Assembly (NCBI GenBank): GCA_050951325.1
Contig: JBMNIW010000003.1
Location: 128,001 to 192,000 of the forward strand
Origin: Clostridia bacterium
GTDB lineage: Bacteria; Bacillota; Clostridia; UBA1212; DUPL01
Direction of reading: 5' to 3'
DNA length: 64,000 nt
The position numbers and the translations under genes were made by a program. A model generated the notes under the pieces. That model was given only the letters and a program-made list of their open reading frames with translations. It searched no databases and was not told where the DNA came from. Shown one piece after another: positions 42,822 through 53,330 of the stretch (positions are counted from its first letter, which is position 1; every line of letters starts with the position of its first letter).

Positions 42822-42861
42822 AAAAAAGGACATGGACCAAATCAGGTTCATGTCCTTTTTT
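42822..42861. terminator. Bidirectional intrinsic terminator
   Basis: AAAAAAGGACATGGACC-loop-GGTTCATGTCCTTTTTT between convergent genes. Confidence 0.85.
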
Positions 42862-42864
42862 AGA

Positions 42865-43596
42865 TTATTGCTTAATAAACATCTGTACTACAATCTTTCC
42901 GTAAACAGGACTCTGATAGATACCTATACCTGTGTCTGTATACTCTTCATTCAGGATGTTCGCCTTATGGTCATTAGATGATGTCCAAGCATAGAATGCA
43001 CCTTCAACTGTCTGATTACCAGCAATGTTCTCTGCAGCTTTTGTGAATACGATGCCGTAACATTTCATCATTTCAAAGGGCGAACCGTATGACACTGCGT
43101 GATGTGAGAAATAGTTCTTCTCAACCATGTCTTTTGCCTTATCGTATGCCACTTTGGATAATTCCGCATTGTATCTAAGCTCAGGCAGTCCGTTAGCCTG
43201 TCTCAATTCATTGACCAGATCCAATAAAACCTCAGCCTCATAATCAAGCCCTATAGTAGTCTCAGTATCGCCGTTATCGCCTGTCTCCTGGGGTGAATTC
43301 TCAAATGTAATGTATTCCGCTTTTACGCATCCAACCTTGTTTGTAACAGGATCCTGAATTATATACCATCCGTCTAGAGATGCGTATACTACGACATCCT
43401 GGTTTTTCTGCAGCGAACCTACCACGTCAAATTCCGTGCCAGGGCCACATCTCAGACTCAAGCTATCAACCGTTACTATGCCATTCTGTACATCAAGATT
43501 CTCTTCATCATTGCTTCCTGATGAGTAGTTGACAAATACCGTTAGTACAACTACAAACATAAGCAGAAATGCAAGTAATTTTGTTTTTATTGACAT
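42865..43596 (-). CDS. Secreted SH3b + CAP (SCP-like) domain protein
   Basis: Signal peptide, LSLRCGPGT SH3b, VNELR, YFSH, ENIA, HKANIL. Confidence 0.85.
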   Translation of the reverse strand: MSIKTKLLAFLLMFVVVLTVFVNYSSGSNDEENLDVQNGIVTVDSLSLRCGPGTEFDVVGSLQKNQDVVVYASLDGWYIIQDPVTNKVGCVKAEYITFENSPQETGDNGDTETTIGLDYEAEVLLDLVNELRQANGLPELRYNAELSKVAYDKAKDMVEKNYFSHHAVSYGSPFEMMKCYGIVFTKAAENIAGNQTVEGAFYAWTSSNDHKANILNEEYTDTGIGIYQSPVYGKIVVQMFIKQ

Positions 43597-43692
43597 GTTT
43601 TATACCTCCAATATGTTTTCATGACATATAGAGTATTTACACATTTTAGCAGATTATTACATGTCAATAAAAATATTTTTCCAAAAACATAT

Positions 43693-43720
43693 AAAAAAAC
43701 CGACCCATCTGGAGTCGGTT
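43693..43720 (-). terminator. Intrinsic terminator of the lipoprotein gene
   Basis: Minus strand AACCGAC-loop-GTCGGTT followed by a T run. Confidence 0.65.
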
Positions 43721-43741
43721 GGTTTGTTATACATCTAAATT

Positions 43742-44374
43742 TTAATTTTCGTCTTCGAAACCAACAAATCTGTAGTCACTAATGGACTCTATAAACTGGT
43801 CATGGTATTTGTCCTTAATTTCAGCTTTACGTTCCCATACTATGACATAGTACTTTGAGCCCTTCATTGTAACATAGAAGTCGCCTACCCAGTCAGCACC
43901 ATCCTGAGTAAAGGAATAGCTTACATGCTGGTACTGCAGCTTATTGTAGGTTGCCATTGATTTATCGGATGTAAACTTGAAGTTCTCTCTTTCCTTCTCA
44001 TCCCTAATAAATCTCTTGTTGAAATAGAGATCCTGATCTGGATCCATCATCTTATCAGTTGTCTCAAGAACAGTTGTAAGTAGCAATTCAGTATCGCCAG
44101 TATAAATGCTGTACAAAGCATCTCCCCTTGCTTCGGCTGGCCACATTTCAAACAGAAGTTGGTATCTATCATCTAGTGCTCTCTCGCCTGGGTCAAAGTT
44201 TGCATCCCAGTCCTCCCTGTATCCCTGCTGAAAATAGTATCTGATGTTCTTCAATTGGTTTTGCAGTCTTGGTCCTGGATCCTTATAATCTTTACTGCCG
44301 CATCCAACAGCTGTCAAAATAACTATAATCAGGCATATAAGAACACTAGACTTCACTATCTTATTAATGCGCAC
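43742..44374 (-). CDS. Hypothetical lipoprotein
   Basis: Lipobox TAVGC, RBS GGAGG, upstream TTGACT-17-TACAAT promoter. Confidence 0.75.
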   Translation of the reverse strand: MRINKIVKSSVLICLIIVILTAVGCGSKDYKDPGPRLQNQLKNIRYYFQQGYREDWDANFDPGERALDDRYQLLFEMWPAEARGDALYSIYTGDTELLLTTVLETTDKMMDPDQDLYFNKRFIRDEKERENFKFTSDKSMATYNKLQYQHVSYSFTQDGADWVGDFYVTMKGSKYYVIVWERKAEIKDKYHDQFIESISDYRFVGFEDEN

Positions 44375-44475
44375 CTAAAATCCCTCCAAATTCATATTTA
44401 GCAATTTAATTGTATCAGTTTACCACTGCTTAGTCAACTAGCCTTTATGTAAACTGATTATTAACTATTTGTTAC

Positions 44476-46128
44476 TCATAATTCCATTTTTTCAATAGCA
44501 GATGCAATTAATGGTATAACGTCTTTTTTCCTTGACATTAATGAAGAATATATAACATTCATTGCATCAGTTTCAATACCCAGCTCCTCTGCCACTGATT
44601 CCGCTATCCTGCCGGACAGCTGTAACTCTGTAGTTTTGTTATTCAAATCAGTAATCATCATGACCAAAAGCGCATAGTTCTCACTCTCTGCTTTCATGTT
44701 CATATATTCAATCAGAGCTGACTTGATTTTCGAAATCTTCTCATGCTCGTATACAGTAACCTGGCCAACACCAATCTCATAACCATGCAAAGTATAACGC
44801 TTGAAATCCTGATTGAATATTTCGGCAGGAGTTTTGACACCTACTGCCGTTCCCGCCTTAAACATTTCAGTGGCAAATTCATCAATATCAATACCCGCAA
44901 TAGAGGCAAGTTTAAGAGCTGTTTGGTAATCCCTGACGGTTGATGTAGAAGACTGAAACTTTAATGTGTCGGACACTATTGCCGCACATAAAATTCCAGC
45001 TATTTTACTAGACGGTCTCTTTCCATTTTTCACAAACAGATCGGCTATGATGGTAGATGTACTTCCCACAGGCTCGTTTATAAACAATATTGGTCTTGAT
45101 GTTGTAAGGTCGCCCAGTTTGTGGTGATCTATAATTTCAAGAATCTCTGCTTCCTCTATTCCCTTAACGGTTTGTGATTTCTCATTGTGGTCAAGAAGAA
45201 TCACACGCTTTTTCTTATGGGAAATAAGGTGATATCTTGAAATCAAACCTACCACATGGCCTTCCGAGTCAACAACAGGATAACTGCTGTGCCTGTGTTT
45301 GAGCATTCGTTCTCTTACATCTTCAACATAGTCGTCTATGTGGAACTTGACAATGGCACCCCCCTTGTCTCCAGTCATGATTGAACCAACCGGGATGCTT
45401 TGGTTGATCAATCTGGCAGTGGTAAAAGAATCGTACAACGTCTTTATTACTACTGCCTTCTTCTCCTCTGCAATCTTTTGTACCTCTTCACAGGGCATGG
45501 AACCGCAGGTCAGTATTAGAGTGTTGGCTCCAAGTCTAAGGGCTTCCTTTTGGGCATCAACCCTGTTACCTGTGATAACAATATCACCACTTTCTATATA
45601 ATCTCCATAACCATCAGGCGAATTTGCAGCTACAACAATCTTCCCGGGAGAATTGTAATACTCCCTTTTGCCTCCCACAATTACCCCGCCTATGGTTTCG
45701 AGTATATTATCTATTTTTGTATTGCATGCAGCCAGGCTGTTGAAGTCATGGGCGTCCATGTATTTGCCTGTGATATTTGACAAAGAGACGATTCCAATAA
45801 GCTTTTCATTCTCATCCACAACGGGATATGTCTTAATTCTAGTCTCCTGCATTTTACTCCATGCAATCTTTATCGATATGTCATAGGACAGATTGTCCAC
45901 CAAGTCTATTTCAAGGTCGCTTACTTGCGTCTTTACATTATTAAGATACTTGGGCAACGGGACATCAAAATAATCGAGAATAAATCTGGTTTCCTCGTTG
46001 ATTTCTCCCAATCTGCAAGCCACTGCATTGAACCCGAGTTTTCTCTTCAGATCCGCATATGCAATCGATGCGCAAATTGAATCCGTATCTGGTTTTTTAT
46101 GACCAAAAATGTAAATAACATCTTCCAT
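44476..46128 (-). CDS. ppaC: Mn-dependent inorganic pyrophosphatase with CBS/DRTGG domains
   Basis: GHKKPDTDS, two CBS domains, DHH motif, SRKK. Confidence 0.92.
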   Translation of the reverse strand: MEDVIYIFGHKKPDTDSICASIAYADLKRKLGFNAVACRLGEINEETRFILDYFDVPLPKYLNNVKTQVSDLEIDLVDNLSYDISIKIAWSKMQETRIKTYPVVDENEKLIGIVSLSNITGKYMDAHDFNSLAACNTKIDNILETIGGVIVGGKREYYNSPGKIVVAANSPDGYGDYIESGDIVITGNRVDAQKEALRLGANTLILTCGSMPCEEVQKIAEEKKAVVIKTLYDSFTTARLINQSIPVGSIMTGDKGGAIVKFHIDDYVEDVRERMLKHRHSSYPVVDSEGHVVGLISRYHLISHKKKRVILLDHNEKSQTVKGIEEAEILEIIDHHKLGDLTTSRPILFINEPVGSTSTIIADLFVKNGKRPSSKIAGILCAAIVSDTLKFQSSTSTVRDYQTALKLASIAGIDIDEFATEMFKAGTAVGVKTPAEIFNQDFKRYTLHGYEIGVGQVTVYEHEKISKIKSALIEYMNMKAESENYALLVMMITDLNNKTTELQLSGRIAESVAEELGIETDAMNVIYSSLMSRKKDVIPLIASAIEKMEL

Positions 46129-46139
46129 AAAATCACCTG

Positions 46140-46994
46140 TCACTTGCCTATATCCCTATGCTCCAAAGAAAGTCTGTACCCAAGAACCTTTAACTGTTTG
46201 ACAAGTTCATTTGCTATTGCAACACTTCTGTGTTTGCCTCCAGTGCATCCTATTCCAATTGTCAATGCCTGTTTGCCTTCCAATTGGTAAAGAGGAAGTA
46301 AAAACTGGAGCATATCGAAGAGCTTTTTCATAAACCCTTTTGTCTCTTCAGCACCCAATACATAATCCTTTACCCTCTCATCGTTTCCGGTGTAGTGCCT
46401 CAACTCAGGAACGTAAAACGGATTGGATATGAATCTGACGTCGAATAAAAGATCACATGCAATCGGCAAACCATATTTATACCCAAAAGAAACCACATGG
46501 ACAATAAGTTCCGTCTGACTGGTGTCATCCTTAAACAATTCAAACATCTTGTTCTTAAGATCCCAGACAGAAAAATTGGTTGTGTCAATAACGTGGTCAG
46601 ATTGCCCCTTTAAAGGAGACAGCCTCTGCCTTTCCAACCTTATTCCTTCGAGATTGTTTCCGGATTGGGCAAGAGGATGCAGTCTTCGGTTCTCCTTATA
46701 TCTATTAATCAAAACCTCATCCGAACAATCCAAAAATAAAATGGATACATCCACATTTGCTTTTTTCATGTCATCCATGAAAGTAATAAGATCGTTGAAA
46801 AAGTCTCCGCTTCTTACGTCCATTACAAGGGCAAGTTTGTCTGTTTTCATCTCATTCATCAAATACAACTCGCCAAATTTCGGTAACAGCATCGGAGGCA
46901 TGTTATCTATGCAGAAGTATCCCAGATCTTCAAGAAACTTTGTAGCTTGTGTACGTCCCGCACCGGACATTCCTGTAACAATTAATACTTTCAA
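46140..46994 (-). CDS. rapZ: RNase adapter RapZ/YvcJ
   Basis: TGMSGAG, DNMP, RRLHPL, SFGYKYG, GCTGGKHRSV. Confidence 0.94.
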   Translation of the reverse strand: MKVLIVTGMSGAGRTQATKFLEDLGYFCIDNMPPMLLPKFGELYLMNEMKTDKLALVMDVRSGDFFNDLITFMDDMKKANVDVSILFLDCSDEVLINRYKENRRLHPLAQSGNNLEGIRLERQRLSPLKGQSDHVIDTTNFSVWDLKNKMFELFKDDTSQTELIVHVVSFGYKYGLPIACDLLFDVRFISNPFYVPELRHYTGNDERVKDYVLGAEETKGFMKKLFDMLQFLLPLYQLEGKQALTIGIGCTGGKHRSVAIANELVKQLKVLGYRLSLEHRDIGK

Positions 46995-47022
46995 ATGCTA
47001 TACCACTTTCTTTTTGATTTTC

Positions 47023-47982
47023 TTACCATATAATCTTTACTTCGGGTTCCAATATAACTCCTGTCATATTATACACTACATCCTTTACATGCTCAATAAC
47101 TTTGACCACATCATTAAAAGATGCATTTCCCCGATTGATTACAAAACCACTGTGTTTTTCAGAAACCTGGGCATCTCCATAACTGTAACCCTTTAGACCG
47201 CATTCTTCAATAAGTTTTGCAGCGTAATTCCCTTTTGGTCTTTTGAAAGTACTTCCAGCGCTTGGATACTCAAGAGGCTGTTTTGCCCTTCTTCTTTCAT
47301 TGAGTTCTTTCATTTTTTCTTCAATAACGCTTTTGTCTTCTACCTTTTCCAGCTGAAAGGTTCCATCGAGAATAATGTCTCCAGTTTTCTGAAAAATACT
47401 CATTCTATAATCGAACAACAAGTCCTTGTTGTCCCTTTCGCAAACCGCTTCATTTATTCTGTCATAATCCAAATATGGGAGCCTGTTTACATCCACATAC
47501 CTGCTTTTTGCACATACATTCCTTATCTCGCCATCGTATGCACCGGCATTCATTAAAATGCCTCCACCTACGGAACCGGGTATCCCGGATGCAAACTCCA
47601 ATCCCTTCAAGGAGTATCCCAGCGCCGCCTTGGCCAGCCTCGGCAATAAAACGCCACTCCCGGCAGTCAGCCTGTCGTCATCAACACTGATGTTTTGAAA
47701 CTCTCCCTCTGTTTTTATAACCACACCATCATAACCCCTGCACGAAACAAGCAGATTGCTGCCATTACCGACTACCATATACTTGACATCATAATCAATA
47801 CATGCCTTTAAAACTTCTAGCAATGAGCCGGTATCAAAAACAGTTACAAAATATCTTGCAGGGCCACCTATTCTAAAAGTAGTGTGGTTTTTCATTGGCT
47901 CATTTTCCATGATATCAATATCATCGATATTAAACAAGTTATCCTTAAACAAACTGTTCACTTTTTCACTTCCATGGATCAA
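47023..47982 (-). CDS. murB: UDP-N-acetylenolpyruvoylglucosamine reductase
   Basis: HTTFRIGGPA, GNGSNLL, MNAGAY, SAGSTFK, LEPEV. Confidence 0.95.
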   Translation of the reverse strand: MIHGSEKVNSLFKDNLFNIDDIDIMENEPMKNHTTFRIGGPARYFVTVFDTGSLLEVLKACIDYDVKYMVVGNGSNLLVSCRGYDGVVIKTEGEFQNISVDDDRLTAGSGVLLPRLAKAALGYSLKGLEFASGIPGSVGGGILMNAGAYDGEIRNVCAKSRYVDVNRLPYLDYDRINEAVCERDNKDLLFDYRMSIFQKTGDIILDGTFQLEKVEDKSVIEEKMKELNERRRAKQPLEYPSAGSTFKRPKGNYAAKLIEECGLKGYSYGDAQVSEKHSGFVINRGNASFNDVVKVIEHVKDVVYNMTGVILEPEVKIIW

Positions 47983-48928
47983 TATTTCTCACACTTCCCA
48001 GTTTCTCGTCCGGATTGCCAAAAGTCCTGGATTCAAGTTCTTTTGCCGCATTGTAGCCAAAGTCCTTTTGCCTGTTGTTCATGGCAGCTACTTCAACTAT
48101 GACAGCAAGATTTCTTCCAGGCCTTACAGGGATAGTCAGTGAAGGCACTTCTATTCCAAGTATATTCGTATATTGATCCGTTATTCCTACCCTGTCATAT
48201 TCCTTGCCCTTCTGCCAGTTTTCCAGCTTTACAACCAGCTTGATGTTCTCCGTTATCTTAACAGAACCTATGCCATACAGTCTTCTAATATCGATGAAAC
48301 CAAGGCCACGTATCTCTATCAAATGCCTTATGGTCTCAGGCGCTGAACCTACCAGGGTTTTGTTGGATACTCTCCTAACCTCCACTACGTCATCAGCCAC
48401 CAGGCGGTGACCTCTCTTTACGAGTTCAAGAGCGGTTTCACTTTTTCCAACTCCGCTTTCACCCATAATGAGAACACCTTCACCATAAACCTCTACAAGG
48501 CCTGCATGCAGAGTTTGTCTTGGAGCCAGCTGTACGGAAAGGTATCTGTTCAATGAGCTGAACAGTTCCGTTGTGGCTTCATGGTGACTCATGACAGGTA
48601 TGTTGTATTTGTTTGCAATTTGAATCAGTTCTGGAAAAACTTCAAGGCCCCTTGCCACAATAAGGCATGGAAAGCCTTCAGAAAAGAGTTTGTCGATTTT
48701 TTTCTTTCTTGTCTGCAGGGAAAGTTCTTTTAAATATGAGTACTCAACCATTCCCATAAGCTGGATTCTGTCATTGGAAAAGTGGTTCGTATAACCTGCT
48801 AGTTCAAGACCAGGCCTGTTTATATCTTTTGTTTCAATTTCAATAGTCTTGACCTGCTCCTCACAGCAAAGAACCTTAAGTTGAAATTCTTCAATTATTT
48901 TCTCCAATTTCACTGAATATTTGTACAT
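47966..48928 (-). CDS. hprK: HPr(Ser) kinase/phosphorylase
   Basis: GESGVGKSE, LVADD, EIRGLG, PGRN. Confidence 0.96.
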   Translation of the reverse strand: MYKYSVKLEKIIEEFQLKVLCCEEQVKTIEIETKDINRPGLELAGYTNHFSNDRIQLMGMVEYSYLKELSLQTRKKKIDKLFSEGFPCLIVARGLEVFPELIQIANKYNIPVMSHHEATTELFSSLNRYLSVQLAPRQTLHAGLVEVYGEGVLIMGESGVGKSETALELVKRGHRLVADDVVEVRRVSNKTLVGSAPETIRHLIEIRGLGFIDIRRLYGIGSVKITENIKLVVKLENWQKGKEYDRVGITDQYTNILGIEVPSLTIPVRPGRNLAVIVEVAAMNNRQKDFGYNAAKELESRTFGNPDEKLGSVRNIDPWK

Positions 48929-48992
48929 TGAGAGACTCCCTTTATGTATTCAAAATTAATTGTAACATAAAAACAGAATCCAAACAATATTT

Positions 48993-49685
48993 TTATTGTA
49001 AATTAAATCTGTATCCGGCCCCCCATACAGTCTCAATATACTTGGGTTTTTGTGTATCTGTTTCAATCTTGTCTCTCAGTCTGTTAATATGCACAGTCAC
49101 GGTTGAAGTTTCGCCCATGGAGTCAAATCCCCAAATTTTATCAAACAAGGCATCCTTTGAAAACACAACATTGGGATTCATTGCAAGAAACAGAAGAAGG
49201 TCAAACTCCTTGTTGGCCAAAATTACTTCCTTCTCATTCTTGAAAACACGCCTTGCCTTCACATCTATTCTGAGATCTCCAACCTCAATAACTTCAGACT
49301 TGTCCTGCTGCTTGTTGCTGAGGCGCTCGTATCTGTTAATATGGGCTTTTACTCTTGCCACTAATTCGCTGGGACTAAATGGCTTAACAATATAGTCATC
49401 CGCCCCAAGGCCAAGCCCCCTAATCTTGTCAATATCATCCTTCTTAGCGGATACAAACAAAATTGGCGTATCCTTGTCCCTTCTAAGTATCCTGCATATT
49501 TCAAACCCGTCAATGCCAGGCAGCATGATATCCAGTATTATCAAATCATAATCGTTTTCAAGAGCTTTTTTCAAACCACTTTCGCCTGTAAGCTCAATAT
49601 CCGTTTCAAATCCGTTGGCTTCCAGATAATCTCTTTCCAACGATGCAATATTCTTATCATCTTCCACTATCAAAACTTTCTTCAT
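48993..49685 (-). CDS. OmpR-family response regulator
   Basis: VEDD, LDIMLP, KPF, winged helix ending TVWGAGY. Confidence 0.95.
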   Translation of the reverse strand: MKKVLIVEDDKNIASLERDYLEANGFETDIELTGESGLKKALENDYDLIILDIMLPGIDGFEICRILRRDKDTPILFVSAKKDDIDKIRGLGLGADDYIVKPFSPSELVARVKAHINRYERLSNKQQDKSEVIEVGDLRIDVKARRVFKNEKEVILANKEFDLLLFLAMNPNVVFSKDALFDKIWGFDSMGETSTVTVHINRLRDKIETDTQKPKYIETVWGAGYRFNLQ

Positions 49686-51208
49686 TCAATCCCCTCCTTA
49701 TTGCCGCTTTTAATTATGTTCATTTCAATAATTATTGTAAGTCCTTCTCCAACATTACTCCTTGCATATATCCTTCCATCATGTGCCTCAATTATTTGTC
49801 TAGCTATTGCAAGACCAAGACCACTTCCGCTAACAGGATTCGTTCTTGCAGGATCATTTCTATAGAAAGAATCAAATATTTTTTCCGCAGCATGGGCGGG
49901 TACTCCCACTCCGTCATCCTTCAATTCTATTCTAACAATATCTTCTTCTTTTTCAACCGATATGTCAAGCCTTCCTATTTCATTAACCTTGTACTTGGCG
50001 GTATTGTCTGCAATATTTAGAAGAACCCTGCTGAACTGATTCTTGTCAATATTGACATACACCTTTTCTTTTATAAGGTTTGTAAATGTCAGGACCACAT
50101 TCCGCTTTTCCAAACTGAACATTAGGTCATCACAGCAAAAACTCAAATACTCAACAATATCAGTCTTCTCGAAGTTAAAAGCAACCCTGTCAAGATCAAG
50201 CTTTGAAAACAGGAATAGTTCATCAACCAGATTACCCATTTCTTCTGCCGTATTGTATATGGTGGTAAGATACTGCTGTTGTTTTTCAGGACTGTCGGCA
50301 ATTCCATCAATAAGTCCTGCAACGTATCCCTTGATGGAAGTAAGCGGTGTGCGCAAGTCGTGGGAGATTCCAGCAATCATTTCTTTCTTGTGTTCTTCCT
50401 GCCTGCGCTGGTTCATTGTTGACTCATATAGCTTACTTCTCATAAAGTCAAAAGTCTGTATGACTTCCGTCACTTCATCGTTGGTGTCATCCTCAATCTC
50501 AAAATCCAAATTACCCTCTGCAATCATCCTTGCTCCTTCCTTCAGTTTGTACAAGGACTTCGTAATGCTGTTTGACACCATGGCGACAATAACCATGTTA
50601 AGAATAATTATTACAATGGTACCTATAAATGAAATGGAAAGGATGGAATCCTTCAACCTTCTTATTCTGTCTGCCTGAAACTTGTCATTGTCCTTCAAAA
50701 GCTCCCTTGCTCCTACCTTTTCATTTACAAGCAATATTTCCGCCACCTTGCCGTCATCCAAAGCCAAATCCGTTCTGTAAACGAAACTTGATGTGTCTGA
50801 ATACATGACAGCCGTGTGGTTATTGACGTCTGCATCGGTTACGTTACAGGCAATTCTGTAAATATCGTCATTTTCGTAACCTTCCGTGCGGTATGTGGTC
50901 ATCTGGTCCACCTTTATCTCCACCAAAGTGCCTGATTTGTCCAGCAATTCACTAATCACGGAGAAATACTTGGATTTCTTGATGTTTCCTCCTGTTTCTT
51001 TGGTCATTTTCATCAAGTTGTTAAAAACCGACTGAAGCTCGTACACTGAAATACTGTCTTCAGATCTGAAATTGACACTCTCAATCTCATACGTGTCATA
51101 GTCGTTTATAAAGACACGTATGATATAGAAAGTTATAACCAACACCAGCGTGAGCAATAGCAGCAGCATTGTAATGTTTGATAGAAGAATCTTCTTTTTT
51201 ATAGTCAC
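49682..51208 (-). CDS. HAMP-domain sensor histidine kinase
   Basis: Two TM helices, HAMP, SHDLRTPLT, DDGVG, GSGLGL. Confidence 0.94.
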   Translation of the reverse strand: MTIKKKILLSNITMLLLLLTLVLVITFYIIRVFINDYDTYEIESVNFRSEDSISVYELQSVFNNLMKMTKETGGNIKKSKYFSVISELLDKSGTLVEIKVDQMTTYRTEGYENDDIYRIACNVTDADVNNHTAVMYSDTSSFVYRTDLALDDGKVAEILLVNEKVGARELLKDNDKFQADRIRRLKDSILSISFIGTIVIIILNMVIVAMVSNSITKSLYKLKEGARMIAEGNLDFEIEDDTNDEVTEVIQTFDFMRSKLYESTMNQRRQEEHKKEMIAGISHDLRTPLTSIKGYVAGLIDGIADSPEKQQQYLTTIYNTAEEMGNLVDELFLFSKLDLDRVAFNFEKTDIVEYLSFCCDDLMFSLEKRNVVLTFTNLIKEKVYVNIDKNQFSRVLLNIADNTAKYKVNEIGRLDISVEKEEDIVRIELKDDGVGVPAHAAEKIFDSFYRNDPARTNPVSGSGLGLAIARQIIEAHDGRIYARSNVGEGLTIIIEMNIIKSGNKEGIE

Positions 51209-51292
51209 AAATTAACACCCATTATCTAAATATTCACACCCACATAATACTCTGTTTTATGCAAATATTTATAACTGTTTTATAAAAAATAT

Positions 51293-51886
51293 CTAAATTA
51301 TGATGAAAATTATAAGCAACAGAGCTGCAAGGCCTATGATTGCACCACCCGCATACTTGTAGACATTCAAATCTTCCCATTTTGGTATCTCTTCCCTGCT
51401 TCTTCTGCCCACAATGTACCAAAGCTCTTCCGCTTTGATTATGACAAACAAACCGGAAACAAAAAGCAAAAATATGAGTATGGCCTGAGGCACCGTTAAT
51501 ACCGGAGGCTTTCCAAATATCATATACAAAAAGACTCTTTTGCTGATAACATCAAAAGGTTCCGTCTCCAAAACATCATATTGGGGCAAAGCCTCAATCT
51601 TCGCATCTTTTCGATTTGTACCGACAACTCTGTAGTTGTACTCATAATCATCGAAAATAATCATCCACTCGTTGTCGCCCTTGTACTCCAGCGTTGCGTC
51701 CAACTTGTCCCTATCTATAAAATAAAATTCATACTCTGTAAAATCGTCTTTTGTCTCCCCCTTGTCGTATCTTACATTGTCAACCACGCCCTGATGGTTG
51801 CCAATGTTCCATCTGACAAGGAAGGTCAGGATGCTTATGCAAAGCATGCATCCCAGCAAAATGGCAATATTCCTGCCTTTATTCAC
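51293..51886 (-). CDS. Hypothetical membrane protein
   Basis: One N-terminal and two C-terminal TM segments; RBS GAGGTG. Confidence 0.7.
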   Translation of the reverse strand: MNKGRNIAILLGCMLCISILTFLVRWNIGNHQGVVDNVRYDKGETKDDFTEYEFYFIDRDKLDATLEYKGDNEWMIIFDDYEYNYRVVGTNRKDAKIEALPQYDVLETEPFDVISKRVFLYMIFGKPPVLTVPQAILIFLLFVSGLFVIIKAEELWYIVGRRSREEIPKWEDLNVYKYAGGAIIGLAALLLIIFIII

Positions 51887-51895
51887 ACAATCACC

Positions 51896-53110
51896 TCATT
51901 TATCCGCATTCAGATAAAGCTCCAGAGCAGTCTTTGGACTGTCTTCGCCTTCTTTGTTCTTTACAGGAGCAAATTCCTCTTCCCTTTTGACTCTCAATAT
52001 GGCAATATCATCAAAGTATGAAAAGGCATCGAATATGAAAGCTTCAAACTTGTATGCATTTGGCTTGTCCGCTAAAACCTTTTCGCCCTTTTCATTTATA
52101 TAATCAGTCTTCTTGAAGGCCACATGATATGGAAGGCCCCTGCCACCCATTTTCTCAAATACCGAGATATTGAATAAATTCAATAAAATGTGGGCGTCTC
52201 CATATACCAGATTCCCTTTTTCATCCCTCAGATTGGCCATTTCCTCCGATATCTCAGTGTATTCTATAACGGAAGGTCTTCCTTTTACCTTGCAAAATAC
52301 GCCGACCTTTTCACAAGGTCCTCTTTTTACAAGAGATTTGCATCCTATCATGCTGCCCTTTTCACTTACATAACCTAGGAACAAAAGATCATCGGGTCTT
52401 GTAAGTACATTGTCAATACCACATGTAAATATCCACTTTATATTTCTTCTTTTCATATCATCAAGAACACCGGATTCAATCATGGCTCTGAATATACCGC
52501 CATGACCGTCAGCTCCTTCCTTGATGCGGTTCTTTTCCTCAAGAACAATCCTGCCGTTTTCCAGCATCATAGGCAGCATTCTTTGTGTGAAGAATATTAT
52601 ATTTTCCTTGTCGTATCCAAAATAGTTGTTTGCTTCAAAAAATGCTTTTGTATCCGCATCATTTTCCTTACTGGTCATAATATACCAAGGGACATTGAAT
52701 CCCATGTTCCTAATTCTTTCACACTGTATTTCAAACAGGGATTTTCCAATTCCAATGTCAAAAGTGCCTTTGGGTCCGGTATGACCAAGCCTTGTACCCT
52801 GCCCGCCTGCCATTGTAACAACCGCATATTCACCATTTTCACAGATTTTTCTTCCTATTGCCTTGTAGCGATCTTTGTTCACGCTTGATATTTCATCTTT
52901 GTCGGTATATGCCATTGGCTGGATGTCACTTGGATCAGTTTTCTCATCACTTCCTTTTTGAGCCATCTCATAAAGCTCGCTTATTAACTCAAAATCAATC
53001 CCCTTTATCTGCGATATCAGATTCGTCTTGCCATCTTCATCCAGTTCGTCATAAAAGCCAAGCAAATGTTCCTGATTGTACTTTTTTAGCATCTTAACCA
53101 AATCCACCAA
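51896..53110 (-). CDS. UDPGP type-1 family nucleotidyltransferase (UDP-GlcNAc/hexose pyrophosphorylase-like)
   Basis: AGGQGTRLG..GPKG, DGHGG, IDN, EYTE, KFEAFIFD, EFAPVKN; start approximate. Confidence 0.88.
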   Translation of the reverse strand: MVDLVKMLKKYNQEHLLGFYDELDEDGKTNLISQIKGIDFELISELYEMAQKGSDEKTDPSDIQPMAYTDKDEISSVNKDRYKAIGRKICENGEYAVVTMAGGQGTRLGHTGPKGTFDIGIGKSLFEIQCERIRNMGFNVPWYIMTSKENDADTKAFFEANNYFGYDKENIIFFTQRMLPMMLENGRIVLEEKNRIKEGADGHGGIFRAMIESGVLDDMKRRNIKWIFTCGIDNVLTRPDDLLFLGYVSEKGSMIGCKSLVKRGPCEKVGVFCKVKGRPSVIEYTEISEEMANLRDEKGNLVYGDAHILLNLFNISVFEKMGGRGLPYHVAFKKTDYINEKGEKVLADKPNAYKFEAFIFDAFSYFDDIAILRVKREEEFAPVKNKEGEDSPKTALELYLNADK

Positions 53111-53282
53111 ACTATCAACCCCTAAAAGTATTCTTAAGTACATCTAATGCAATACCACATATATGATACCTCTTGTTCCACAAACGAGCTCTTGCAGAAT
53201 GCTGTCATTCATCCCGTGCATATAATTATACAGAAAATAGAAGAGCTGTGCAAATGCTACAGCCCTTATGAACAAAACTGGC

Positions 53283-53327
53283 AATGCAACCCAGGAGGAT
53301 TTTGCAGCCTCCAGGGTTGCATTTTTT
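53283..53327. terminator. Strong hairpin with a + strand U-tract just beyond the cotH stop
   Basis: AATGCAACCC-A-GGAGG...CCTCC-A-GGGTTGCATT followed by TTTT. Confidence 0.65.
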
Positions 53328-53330
53328 CTT

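Noticed and set aside
51250-51285. CTGTTTTAT direct repeat upstream of the histidine kinase as a response-regulator site
   Set aside because: Short, AT-rich and 23 bp apart; cannot be supported without comparative data.
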